A DNA stretch of 64,000 nt from Thermoanaerobaculia bacterium (GTDB lineage Bacteria > Acidobacteriota > Thermoanaerobaculia > Multivoradales > UBA5704): contig JBGAGQ010000018.1 in the NCBI GenBank assembly GCA_044226625.1, forward strand, positions 1-64,000, read 5' to 3'. The notes under the pieces were generated by a model. The model saw only the letters and a program-made list of their open reading frames with translations, did not search any database and had not been told where the DNA came from. How positions within the stretch are numbered: position 1 is the stretch's first letter; each line of letters begins with the position of its first letter. The translations under genes were made by a program, and so were the position numbers. This document shows, one piece after another, positions 45,373-54,630 of this stretch.

Positions 45373-46917
45373 CTACGCGCCACGCCGTGTTGGGAGCAAA
45401 CGGAATTCGATCCCGCGCATCCTCCGCACCAGGGAAAGGGCCAAAGCGAAACCCGAGGCCGCGAGCGCGCCCAAGAGGAGGGTTCCCGCCATCGAGGGCC
45501 TCTCTGCCGAGATCAGCGCTCCCCGCCAGGCATCGACCGCGGCCGACAGCGGATTCCAGCGCGCGATCGTCGCGAGCCAGGCGGGCATCGCCCGATGGGG
45601 GACGAGGGCGGTGCTGGTGAAGAAGAGAGGCATGTTCACCAGGTGGACGAAGGTCGCCATCCCTTCTTGGGAGCGGGTGAGGAAGGCGAGGATCGAGGAG
45701 AGCGCGGCGAAGGCGACGGCGAATAGGGCGAGGTCGAGGAGGGCGACAGCGCACGCCGTGGGAGCCCAAAGGAGGCGGGCGCCGAGGAGGAGTCCAAGCA
45801 CCAGGACGACGACTGCCTGGACCAGGAGCCGTCCAACGTCGGCCCCGATCTTGCCGGCGAGGAGGGGAACGGGTCCCGCCGGTGCGGCGAGGAGGCGGGC
45901 CAGGAATCCCGTCTGCAGGTCGCGAATCCAGCCGATGCCTGACTGGGAGGCGCCGAACAGGAGGGTCATCGCGCTCACGCCTGGCGCGAGGTAATCGAGG
46001 TACGAGACGCGCCCGGTGGGATCGATCTCCACCCGCCCGAAGCGATGGAACAGGAAGCCGAAGAAGAGCATCCAGATGAGGGGTTGGCCGAGCGAGAAGG
46101 TGAGCAGAACGGGCCGGCGAAGGGCGCTGCGGAGGGTGCGGCCGGCGACAGCCCGCGCGGCGCCGAGTCTCGAAGGAGCCGGGCTGGGTGTGCGGGCATC
46201 GGGTGTCCCCCTGGAGGCGCCGCCGGTGAAGGCTTCAGCCATCCGGCCCGCCTCGAGGCGCACGATCCGATCCGCCCCTTCCGCCGCCGCGCGATCGTGG
46301 GTGGCGATCACCACGGCGGCGCCTTTCGCCGCTCGCCGATCGATCTCCTTCCGGAGCGTTGCCACCCCTTCGTCGTCGAGCCCCGCCGTCGGCTCGTCGA
46401 GCAGGAGGAGCGCGGGCTCGTGGATCATCCCCGCCGCGAGATGGAGCCGGCGCTTTTGTCCACCCGACCAGGTGGAGACGGGACGGTCGAGTGGCTTGGC
46501 GATACCGAACGCCTCGGCGAGCTCCCGGATCCCTTCGGCGAGACCGCGGCGGGGTATGCCGTGGAGCGCAGCCAGGAGGCCCAGCGTCTCGCGGCCCGTC
46601 ATCTCGGGATCCAGCGCAACTTGCTGAGGCACGAACGAGACTTCACGGCGAAGGATCTTTCGTTCGCGCCGGTCTGCCTGCGCCGGCTCGTCGATCCCGA
46701 GCACGTTCACAGCGCCGCGGCTTGGGGCGATCTCTCCGGCGAGCAGGTGCAATAGCGTGCTCTTGCCCGCGCCGTTCGGCCCGAGGAGGGCCGTGACGGA
46801 GCCGCGAGGCAGATCGAGGTCGATCGCGTCGAGTGCGGCGGTCGAGCCGAAATCTTTTCTCGCGCCGCGGAGCGAGACGGCCGGTCCAAGCTCGGCCGCT
46901 TCGCCGTCAGTCGGCAT
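45373..46917 (-). CDS. ABC exporter with the ATPase fused to an ABC-2 permease
   Basis: GPNGAGKST, WSGGQ, LLLLDEPT, ATHD, Pro-rich linker, then QPLIWMLFFG, YLDYLAPG, NMPLFFTS, MPAWL..NPLS. Confidence 0.88.
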   Translation of the reverse strand: MPTDGEAAELGPAVSLRGARKDFGSTAALDAIDLDLPRGSVTALLGPNGAGKSTLLHLLAGEIAPSRGAVNVLGIDEPAQADRRERKILRREVSFVPQQVALDPEMTGRETLGLLAALHGIPRRGLAEGIRELAEAFGIAKPLDRPVSTWSGGQKRRLHLAAGMIHEPALLLLDEPTAGLDDEGVATLRKEIDRRAAKGAAVVIATHDRAAAEGADRIVRLEAGRMAEAFTGGASRGTPDARTPSPAPSRLGAARAVAGRTLRSALRRPVLLTFSLGQPLIWMLFFGFLFHRFGRVEIDPTGRVSYLDYLAPGVSAMTLLFGASQSGIGWIRDLQTGFLARLLAAPAGPVPLLAGKIGADVGRLLVQAVVVLVLGLLLGARLLWAPTACAVALLDLALFAVAFAALSSILAFLTRSQEGMATFVHLVNMPLFFTSTALVPHRAMPAWLATIARWNPLSAAVDAWRGALISAERPSMAGTLLLGALAASGFALALSLVRRMRGIEFRLLPTRRGA

Positions 46918-47746
46918 GGACGATCGTGCCGACGTGCTCGCCTTCCAGCGCTCGGGCGAGCCGATCGGGATGCCGACCGTTGACGATCTGGAAGCTTTTC
47001 ACCAGCCGCGCCCGGGAGAGCAGGTCGAGCAGCACCTCGTCGAACGGTAGCGTCGCAAGGCCCAGAGAGCGCAGCTCGCCCACCCCGATCCGAGGGATGA
47101 ACCGGGCGCCGGAATGGATCTTCGGATCGGCGTCGTACAGGCCGTCGACGTCCTTGACCAGGATCACGCTCTTGCAGCCGAAGCACTCGGCCACCAGGTA
47201 GGAGCCGGCGTCGGTCCGATGCGGCGGGATGCGGCCGATTTCCGGCGGATGCTCCCAGATCGAATAGGGGGGATCGCCGTTGAAGATCACACCCGGCGCG
47301 GAGTGTAGGAAAAGCGGCAACAGGTGGCCGAACATCTCCGGCGGGATCGCCACCACGCCGAGCGGCGCGAGCAAGGTCCCCAGGATGTGGGCGTTGCCGA
47401 GCGCGTCGGCGATCGCGAGCTGGGCGAGGACGCCGGTCGGCAGCCCGAGGTCCATGCCGATCGAAAAGACGTGGCGGGAGCGCACGCCGCCTCCGGTCGA
47501 GAGGATCAGCTTGCGTTCGCGAAGCACCTCGGCGAGCACTTCCACCAGCCCCGGGAGAGCCTCGGCCCCGTGGTCGACGATCGATCGCCCGCCGATCTTC
47601 ACCACGTGGGCGTGGGGGAGCATCCGGACGAGCGGCGCCTTGCGCTCGGTGCCGGCGACCAGGTCCTTGTCGATCAGGCTTTCGCGCATCAGCATCGAGG
47701 TCAGGTGATGCCGGGCGTCTTCGGAGGGCTGGGTTTCCTCGGTCAT
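46907..47746 (-). CDS. mosA: Molybdenum storage protein alpha-like subunit (amino-acid-kinase fold)
   Basis: HLTSMLMRESL.DKDL, VVKIGG, GVRSRHVFSIGMDLGLP, RIPPHRTD, EHVGT resemble Azotobacter MoSto alpha from recall. Confidence 0.75.
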   Translation of the reverse strand: MTEETQPSEDARHHLTSMLMRESLIDKDLVAGTERKAPLVRMLPHAHVVKIGGRSIVDHGAEALPGLVEVLAEVLRERKLILSTGGGVRSRHVFSIGMDLGLPTGVLAQLAIADALGNAHILGTLLAPLGVVAIPPEMFGHLLPLFLHSAPGVIFNGDPPYSIWEHPPEIGRIPPHRTDAGSYLVAECFGCKSVILVKDVDGLYDADPKIHSGARFIPRIGVGELRSLGLATLPFDEVLLDLLSRARLVKSFQIVNGRHPDRLARALEGEHVGTIVHAD

Positions 47747-47762
47747 GTCGCGCGCCTCTTTC

Positions 47763-48587
47763 TCAATCGACCGAAATCAGGGTGCCGACGTCTTCGCCTT
47801 CGAGGGCACGGGTGAGGTTGCCGGGCACCAGGCCGTTGATCACCCGGATCGAGGTGCGATGGACGGCGCGCTCCATGAGGTCGAGCACCGCGCGCTCGAC
47901 CACGAGGTCACCCAAGTCCATGGCCTTCAATTCCGACACGGTGATCTTCGGGATGAATTTCGCGTTGCGGTCTTTCTTGGGATCGGCGGTGTAGAGGCCG
48001 TCCTCGTCCTTCACGTAGATCATCGAGCGGGTGCCGAAGACCTCCGAGACGAGATAGGCGCCGGTGTCGGTCCGGTGTGGCGGGATGCGTCCGATCGCCG
48101 GGTTCTGCTGCCAGAAGGTGTAGGGGGGCATGCCGAAGAAGACCGCGGCACGCCGCTCGGCGAGAAACAGCGGCAGCTGGGGAAACTGCGCGGGCTCTAT
48201 GAACGGGATGCCGTGCCGGGCGAGCAGGTAGTGGATCATCCGCGCGTTCTGCATGCTGACGAACGTGCCGAGAACGCTCATCACGCCGGTCGGCAGGCCG
48301 AGGTCGAGGGCGACGCTGTAGGCATGGCGGGCACGCGTGCCGGCGCCAGTGCCGAGGATCATCCGATGGCGCGGAAGGTTCTCCACCACCTCGTCGAGGA
48401 TCGGAAAGACCGCGGCGCGTCCGCGGTCGATCATGCTCTGGCCGCCGATCTTCACCACGTTCGCCTCGGGCAGGATGCGCTCGACCGGACCGACCGTCTG
48501 GCGCATCAGATCGCGATCGGAAAGCGACCCCGCGACGAGGTTCTTCCCCAACTCGGTGAGCAGGTCTCCGGCGAGCGCTTCGGTCAT
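47763..48587 (-). CDS. mosB: Molybdenum storage protein beta-like subunit (amino-acid-kinase fold)
   Basis: RILP.ANVVKIGGQS.IDRGRAAV.P, GTGAGTRARH.YS, GMPPY..W, VKDEDGLYTA, NGLVPGNLTRAL resemble MoSto beta from recall. Confidence 0.8.
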   Translation of the reverse strand: MTEALAGDLLTELGKNLVAGSLSDRDLMRQTVGPVERILPEANVVKIGGQSMIDRGRAAVFPILDEVVENLPRHRMILGTGAGTRARHAYSVALDLGLPTGVMSVLGTFVSMQNARMIHYLLARHGIPFIEPAQFPQLPLFLAERRAAVFFGMPPYTFWQQNPAIGRIPPHRTDTGAYLVSEVFGTRSMIYVKDEDGLYTADPKKDRNAKFIPKITVSELKAMDLGDLVVERAVLDLMERAVHRTSIRVINGLVPGNLTRALEGEDVGTLISVD

Positions 48588-49378
48588 GCCCGGTCTCCGC
48601 GCGGCGGGATCGAAACCCCCGCGATCTCGTAGGTTTCGATCGAAGGGTACCGCACATCGAGCGCGCCGAAGCGCTCTTCCGCGAAAGCTCGCAGCGCGGA
48701 GAGCACCTCGCGTTGAAGCTGCGGCGTGACGTCATGCCCGCCGAGTCCGGTCTTGCCCGCCCAGGCGTCGAGAAGCGCCGCCGGTCGTTCCTCGGTCTCC
48801 CACCGGGCGACCACGACCGCCGGCAGCTCCGTCGTATTCGGAACATGCGCAACAAGAGCTTCCAGCACCGCGCGATGCCCTTTCCTGCCGCCGCGTGCGG
48901 GCAATCCTCGGGCGGCGAGAAGGACCTCGAGCTCGCGGCGCAGGGTCGTGCGGACGCTCTCTTGCGGACGCTCGACGCGGCCGATCGCGAACCGGCCTCC
49001 GGACGGCGAGGCGAGCCGCGCCACTTCGCCGGCGAGGTTGTGCAGGTCGAGCCGGTGCGCCGCGCGGGAGGCGAAGATCAGCTGCGCCGCATCACCGCGC
49101 AACGGCCACGGACGGGACGCGTCGGCGGCGACGCGCGGCGCGCGTGACCGGCGCCCGAATCGGGCGAGCATCCCGGTCGACAGATCGAGTCCGACATAGC
49201 GGGCGCCGTCGGAAACGAGAGCGGCGCCGACTTGTCCGGTGCCGCAGCCGATCTCGACGATCCGCCCTCCCTCGGCGAGCCGTTCGAGATGGCGACCGAT
49301 TGCGACGACCGCCGCGTCGGGCAAGCCGGCGCGGCGGTCGAACTCGGCGGCCTGTTCGTCGAAGGCCGCTCGGCTCAA
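48584..49378 (-). CDS. Class I SAM-dependent methyltransferase
   Basis: AFDEQA..FD, VEIGCGTG, GLDLS..ML, ADA; TTG 49378 overlaps the oxidase stop, own stop overlaps the mosB ATG. Confidence 0.8.
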   Translation of the reverse strand: MSRAAFDEQAAEFDRRAGLPDAAVVAIGRHLERLAEGGRIVEIGCGTGQVGAALVSDGARYVGLDLSTGMLARFGRRSRAPRVAADASRPWPLRGDAAQLIFASRAAHRLDLHNLAGEVARLASPSGGRFAIGRVERPQESVRTTLRRELEVLLAARGLPARGGRKGHRAVLEALVAHVPNTTELPAVVVARWETEERPAALLDAWAGKTGLGGHDVTPQLQREVLSALRAFAEERFGALDVRYPSIETYEIAGVSIPPRGDRA

Positions 49379-51636
49379 TGGGAGTGGTCCATACCGCTCA
49401 TTCCTCCGGCCGAGGCACCCGGGACGTACGGCGGACAGGGGGGGAACGGCGTGGTAGCCGACGGCGTGCCGCATTCGTCCGCCATGCCGTTCGTCTGCGT
49501 CTTGCCGTATTTCCACGCCTTGGGGTCGGCGCCGCCAGGGGGGCAGACCGCCTGGACGTTCTGCATCATTCCGCGGTCTTCATGGCCGAGGAAATGGCAG
49601 TGCAGCACGTAGCCGCCGGTGTAGTCCTCAAATCGCTGGAGGATCTCGATCGACTTGACCGCCGCCCCCTGGCAGCAGCCGCAGACCGACTGTTGGCCGG
49701 GGACGGTCGTCCGCCACTGGCCGTTCCAGCTAAACGCCGGGCCTCCCTGCGTAGGGATCGCGGCGCACACCCCAGGGCACACCTGCTCGGCCTGGGACTG
49801 GCCGGAGATCGGACCGGCGTTCGCGTCTTGGCACGTGACGTTCGGCAGGGCGACGGTGTCCCACCAGATGTAGGGGGGCTTGAACGTCGTGGTGTCGTTC
49901 CGCGTCAGCTGGAACGGGTTGGTATGGATGTGGAACGGATGGTTCGGCGCCGAGTCGTTGGTGATCGTCCACCGCTCGCCGGTGCCGAGGGTCATGGTCT
50001 GGTTCGCGCACGACTGGTTGTACTTCAGCTTGTCGATCCAGAAGCCGTTCGGCTGGGTGCCCGGCTTCGTGTCGATCCCCGTCGCGGGGTCGGTCATCGA
50101 GAAGGCGAGCGTCCGATCGCGCACGACCGAGGAGATGTCGGACAGATACGGCGGCATGGCGGGCCATGTCGTGGGCAGCGTCATCGCCGGGACGATCGGG
50201 TTCTTGTCGGTGAGGTCGATCGAGAAGAGCGAGGGATTCGACTGCGCTACGGCGGCGCCGCGCAAGCGCTGCGCGGAGCGGAGGTCGAGCTGGTCGCGCA
50301 GGTCGGACACTACGTTGCCGAAGACGGCAAACGTCACCTCGCGCATGCCCGGCGCCGCTTCCTTCGGCGAGGCCGGCGCCTGGACCAGGAAGTCGGCGCG
50401 GTTGCCAGGAGCGATGCTGAAGGTCTGGCCGGGGCCGAGCAGCGGCTGGCTCGCGTAATTTTCGGGCGCGAACTGGACGCCGTCCTGGGCGATCTGCCGG
50501 ACCACGAAGTCGTCGGGAAAGTCCACCGTGACCTCGGCGGAGGCCTGCATCGTGGCGTTGATGAAGCGCAGGCGTTTCACCTCACCGTAGCGGAAGGTGA
50601 TCTTCGGGTCGGCCTGGCCGTTGACCAGCGGCTGCGGCGGATAGTTCGGATGCGGGCGGTGGAAGAAGTTGAGCTCCGGCCACTGCTGCTGGACGTCCAT
50701 CAGCTTCTCGAACGTCTCGACCGCCGCGGGATCGTTGCCGTTCACCTTGTAGTAGTTCCAAAGCCAGTCGTCGAGCTCCCCTTCGATCAGCAGAGAGCCG
50801 GAGAGGCCGTTCAAAACCTGGAGCGCCGTGGCGCCGTGCTTGTGCGGGTGGTACCAATGGGTGCCCGGCGGCTGGTTCCAAGGAAACGGGTCGAGCTCGG
50901 TCTGGTAGGTGCCGATCGCCACGGTTTCGCTCACCGGCGGCGGGGGAGGATTGGTCTGGAGCGACGAGTAGAGGGCCACCAACGGAAAGTCGTGGTGCGG
51001 CTGCGGCGAGACGTGCGTGCCGTGGTAGTGAATGTTGGTGACGTCGGGGCCGTGGAAGCAGTCGGGCTCCTTCTGGGGGATTTTGACGCCGCTGGTCGAT
51101 CCGGGGGTCGGCGGCTGCTGGACCTCGGCCGGGTCGCACTTATGGTACGGGTAGTTGTTGTTCGGCAGTCGGTTCGCGAGCAGCAGCCGGAAGCGGGTGC
51201 CGGGGACGGCGACCGGGTTGGTTTTCGGATCGTACGGCTTGCTTGGCTCTTTGAGCTTCGCCTTCCGTACCCGATAGGTCGGCCCCGGGCTGGTCCAGAG
51301 GAGGGTCGGATCCTTCGGATTGTTGCCGTTCAGCGGCGAGCCGTAGGTGCGCAACGACATCTGCCGATACTCCCAATGTGGATTGGGGATCGTCTTACCC
51401 GCGGCGTCCTGAGAAACCCAGAGCGGCACGCAGTAGGCCGTCCTCTGTTCGACGGTCAAGCTGGTGTCGATCAGGCCCGTCGGCAGCGGCCGGATCACCC
51501 GGGGCTGGATGAGCTCCTGGTTGTAGACCGGCTGAGGGCAGACGGGGGGCTGCCCGATGGCCGGGGTGGCGACCGTGGCGAGCGCGAAGACGAAGAGTAA
51601 GAGGGCGAACAGGGGCGGGCGGAAGCGTTCGACCAT
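49375..51636 (-). CDS. Secreted multicopper oxidase with an inserted MVL-type lectin domain
   Basis: Signal peptide; TNIHYHG, WYHPHKHG, HPFHIH, HCHFLGHEDRGMM; insert AGPI..AEQVCPGVC..WNGQWRTTVPG..SVCGC; Met/His tail MSGMDHSH. Confidence 0.88.
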   Translation of the reverse strand: MVERFRPPLFALLLFVFALATVATPAIGQPPVCPQPVYNQELIQPRVIRPLPTGLIDTSLTVEQRTAYCVPLWVSQDAAGKTIPNPHWEYRQMSLRTYGSPLNGNNPKDPTLLWTSPGPTYRVRKAKLKEPSKPYDPKTNPVAVPGTRFRLLLANRLPNNNYPYHKCDPAEVQQPPTPGSTSGVKIPQKEPDCFHGPDVTNIHYHGTHVSPQPHHDFPLVALYSSLQTNPPPPPVSETVAIGTYQTELDPFPWNQPPGTHWYHPHKHGATALQVLNGLSGSLLIEGELDDWLWNYYKVNGNDPAAVETFEKLMDVQQQWPELNFFHRPHPNYPPQPLVNGQADPKITFRYGEVKRLRFINATMQASAEVTVDFPDDFVVRQIAQDGVQFAPENYASQPLLGPGQTFSIAPGNRADFLVQAPASPKEAAPGMREVTFAVFGNVVSDLRDQLDLRSAQRLRGAAVAQSNPSLFSIDLTDKNPIVPAMTLPTTWPAMPPYLSDISSVVRDRTLAFSMTDPATGIDTKPGTQPNGFWIDKLKYNQSCANQTMTLGTGERWTITNDSAPNHPFHIHTNPFQLTRNDTTTFKPPYIWWDTVALPNVTCQDANAGPISGQSQAEQVCPGVCAAIPTQGGPAFSWNGQWRTTVPGQQSVCGCCQGAAVKSIEILQRFEDYTGGYVLHCHFLGHEDRGMMQNVQAVCPPGGADPKAWKYGKTQTNGMADECGTPSATTPFPPCPPYVPGASAGGMSGMDHSH

Positions 51637-51815
51637 GGTTCGAATCCTCCTTAGACCGCCGTCGACGGAACGAGGGACGAGTCCGTCGGCGAAGGAAAGA
51701 TGGCGTGCGCGAAGGTTTGAGGCTACACCCGGTGGATGTCGCGGTCAAACGACAACTGGAGGATACGAAACGTGCCTTGCCGCGCGATCGGGGCCGGCAT
51801 ACCATCCCGGGCAAA

Positions 51816-53042
51816 ATGAGCGACTCCGAGGAGAGGGGGGAGAGGCGTGGCGATCGCGAGCTGGTGCCGCGCTTGGAGGGACAGGGGTACTCCGCCGAGG
51901 CGCTCGCGAGCCGGCGCGCCTGGGCGCAGGAGAAGACCGGCGCCCGTCTGGGCGCGATAGGCGGCGCGCCCATCGACCCCGAGGAAATGCGGGGCAACAT
52001 CGAGAACCCGATTGGTGAGGCGCGCCTGCCGCTCGGCGTCGCCGGACCTCTCGTCGTGCGCGGCGAGCACGCGGACGGGACGTTTTACGTTCCCCTGGCG
52101 ACGACCGAAGGGACGCTGGTCCGCTCTTACGAGCGCGGGATGGTCGCGATCTCTCGCTCCGGAGGGGCGACGGCGCGGGTGCTCGCCGACGAGAACCGCG
52201 TCTCGCCGATCTTCCGTTTTTCAAACGTCGAGTCGGCCGTGGCGTTCGCCCGTTCGATCCCTGGCCGTTTCGCCGAGATCGCCGAAGCGGCGGAGGCGAC
52301 CACCCGTCACGGCCGGCTGCTCCGGATCGAGCCGATGACGCTCGGCCGCAAGGTGATCCTCCATTTCGTCTACTCTACCGGCGACGCCCACGGCATGAAC
52401 ATGATCGTCCGGGCGACCGAGGCCGCCTGCCGCGAGCTCGTGGAGGAGGCGGACGGGTACGTGCTGTTCAGCGGCGCCGAGTCGGAAAAGCACGCGAGCG
52501 GCTCGTTGCTTGCGGGAGGGAAGGGCAAGCGCGTGACCGCGGGCGCCCTTTTGCCCGCACGGGTGACGCGGGCGTACCTCCACGCGACCCCCGACGAAAT
52601 CGTTGAAGTCTGGCAGCACACGGTGCTCGGGCACCTCCAGGCCGGGGCGATCGGCTACAACGGGCATTTCGCCAATGGCCTGACTTGCCTGTTCATCGCC
52701 TGCGGCCAGGACGTCGCGAACATTGCGAACGCGGCGGTGGGTGTGAGCCACCTCGAGCGGACCAAGACCGGAGATCTGTTTGCGAGCGTCACCCTGCCGT
52801 CGCTCACCGTGGCCACGGTCGGCGGCGGCACCGGCCTCGGCACCGGCCGCGAGTGCCTGGAGATGCTCGGGTGCTACGGTGGAGGGAAGGCGAAAAAGCT
52901 CGCCGAGATTGCCGCCGCGACGGTGCTCGCGGGCGAGCTGTCGATGGCAGGCGCGATCGCGAGCGGCGAGTTCGTTGAGGCGCACGAGACCTACGGCCGG
53001 AACCGGCCAGAAGGGGACACCCCTTCCGCCGAGGCCTCGTGA
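51816..53042 (+). CDS. Class I HMG-CoA reductase-like protein
   Basis: GNIENPIG, PLATTEG, TGDAHGMNM, GQDVA, TVGGGT, GELS, C-terminal His; start likely ATG 51816. Confidence 0.85.
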   Translation: MSDSEERGERRGDRELVPRLEGQGYSAEALASRRAWAQEKTGARLGAIGGAPIDPEEMRGNIENPIGEARLPLGVAGPLVVRGEHADGTFYVPLATTEGTLVRSYERGMVAISRSGGATARVLADENRVSPIFRFSNVESAVAFARSIPGRFAEIAEAAEATTRHGRLLRIEPMTLGRKVILHFVYSTGDAHGMNMIVRATEAACRELVEEADGYVLFSGAESEKHASGSLLAGGKGKRVTAGALLPARVTRAYLHATPDEIVEVWQHTVLGHLQAGAIGYNGHFANGLTCLFIACGQDVANIANAAVGVSHLERTKTGDLFASVTLPSLTVATVGGGTGLGTGRECLEMLGCYGGGKAKKLAEIAAATVLAGELSMAGAIASGEFVEAHETYGRNRPEGDTPSAEAS

Positions 53043-54559
53043 AGCGCCGATTTCGCGGGCTGCGCTCGGTTCCCGACCCCCGGTATGACGCGATCCTGAT
53101 CGGCTCGGGCGTCGGAGGGCTGGTCGCCGGCAACCTACTCGCGCGGGCCGGGCTCAAGGTCCTCCTCGTCGAGCAGCACTACATGGTCGGCGGCTACTGC
53201 AGCACTTTCCGCCGCGGCGGCTACACGTTCGACGCGGCGACCCATTTCTATCCGCTGCTCGGCAACCCGGACACGCTCACCGGCCGGCTCCTCGCCGAGC
53301 TCGGCGTCACGACCGGCTGGGTGAAGATGGACCCGGTCGACACCTTCCACTTTCCCGACGGCTCGCGCTTCGAGGTGCCGGCCGACCTCGAAACGTACAA
53401 GGCCAAGGTCAAGGCCGAGTTCCCCGAGGAAGCCGGCGCCCTCGACGCGTTCTTCCAGGAGGTCAAGGAGGTCTACTTCCTCGGCTTGCTCCATTACTTC
53501 CGCGGCAAGCCGATCGAGCGCGGGGTTGCGCAGATGGAACGGCTGGAGCGCCTTCGCCATCTGACGCTCGGCGAGGTGCTCGCCGCGCGCTTTCGCGACC
53601 GCAAGCTGAGGCTTCTCCTCGCCGCCGACTGCCCCCATTGGGGCTCGCGCCCCGGGCGCACCTCGTTCGTTTTCGACTCGATGCTCCGGCTCTCCTACTT
53701 CCTTGGGAACTACTACCCCAAAGGCGGCTCGCAGGCGTTCGCCGACGAGCTGGCGCTCCGGTTCGAAGAGCAGGGAGGGCACCTGCTCACGAGCGCGATG
53801 GTCGAGCGCATCTACGTCGAAAAGGGCGCCGCTCGTGGCGTCGAACTGGAGCTTCTCCGCGGTCCGGTCAAGGCGCTCTTCCCGCGCGGCCGGATCGAGA
53901 GCGACGTGGTGATCTCGAACGCCGACCTGATCCAGACCTACGAGCGGTTGATCGGCGCCGAGAATCTTCCCGCCGAGGCAATCGCCGAGGTCCGGGCGCT
54001 CCGCCCGACGTTTCCCTGTTGGCTCACGCATCTCGGCCTGGTCGACGTCACGAACGAGGAGCTCGAGCAGGTGCAGGGGTATTACTGGGACGGCTGGGAC
54101 ATGGACCGGGTGGGGATCGACGCGCTCCGATTCAAGTTGTTCGCTCCGACGCTCTACGAGCCGGAGATGGCTCCGCCGGGCGGCCAGGTGCTGATCATCC
54201 AGAAGGTCATGGAGATGGACTACGACCGGATCGACGATTGGCCGAAGCACAAAGCGGAGGTCGAGGCGTTCCTGTTCGACCACCTCGGGCGCCTGATGCC
54301 CGGAATCGAGAAGAAGATCGTCGCGCGCACCAGCGCCTCGGCGAAAACCTCGGCGCGCTTCACCCTGAACACGAGCGGCGCCATGCTCGGCTGGGAAATG
54401 TCCCCGGCCCAGCTCGGCGACGGCCGGCCGACGATCGAGACGCCGATCGACGGCCTCTATTGCGTCGGTCACTGGACCCGCCCGGGCGGCGGGATCACGC
54501 CGGTCATCGTCTCGGCGCAACAGGCAGCGCAGAGGGTGCTCGCGGGGAGAGGGGAGTAG
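53039..54559 (+). CDS. CrtI/RetSat-like FAD-dependent oxidoreductase
   Basis: IGSGVGGL..VEQH..GGYC..GYTFD, YPKGGSQ, ISNAD, TPIDGLYCVGHW..PGGG; GTGA overlap with the HMGR-like gene. Confidence 0.88.
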   Translation: MKRRFRGLRSVPDPRYDAILIGSGVGGLVAGNLLARAGLKVLLVEQHYMVGGYCSTFRRGGYTFDAATHFYPLLGNPDTLTGRLLAELGVTTGWVKMDPVDTFHFPDGSRFEVPADLETYKAKVKAEFPEEAGALDAFFQEVKEVYFLGLLHYFRGKPIERGVAQMERLERLRHLTLGEVLAARFRDRKLRLLLAADCPHWGSRPGRTSFVFDSMLRLSYFLGNYYPKGGSQAFADELALRFEEQGGHLLTSAMVERIYVEKGAARGVELELLRGPVKALFPRGRIESDVVISNADLIQTYERLIGAENLPAEAIAEVRALRPTFPCWLTHLGLVDVTNEELEQVQGYYWDGWDMDRVGIDALRFKLFAPTLYEPEMAPPGGQVLIIQKVMEMDYDRIDDWPKHKAEVEAFLFDHLGRLMPGIEKKIVARTSASAKTSARFTLNTSGAMLGWEMSPAQLGDGRPTIETPIDGLYCVGHWTRPGGGITPVIVSAQQAAQRVLAGRGE

Positions 54560-54630
54560 GCGGGCTCCTAGAGCTCCTTTCTTCCGCCGGTGCTATCGTT
54601 CCTCCCGACGAACCCTGGGAGATCGAACGC

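Noticed and set aside
46907-48587. Duplicated UMP kinase (pyrH)
   Set aside because: No KLSGE-type PyrH motif; KIGG, RIPPHRTD and the N-terminal extensions fit MoSto subunits better
48895-51600. Long alternative ORFs (901 aa here; also 4522-7011, 24529-26298, 42889-44367 and similar)
   Set aside because: Arg/Gly/Pro-rich antisense or off-frame shadows of well-supported genes, expected in high-GC DNA
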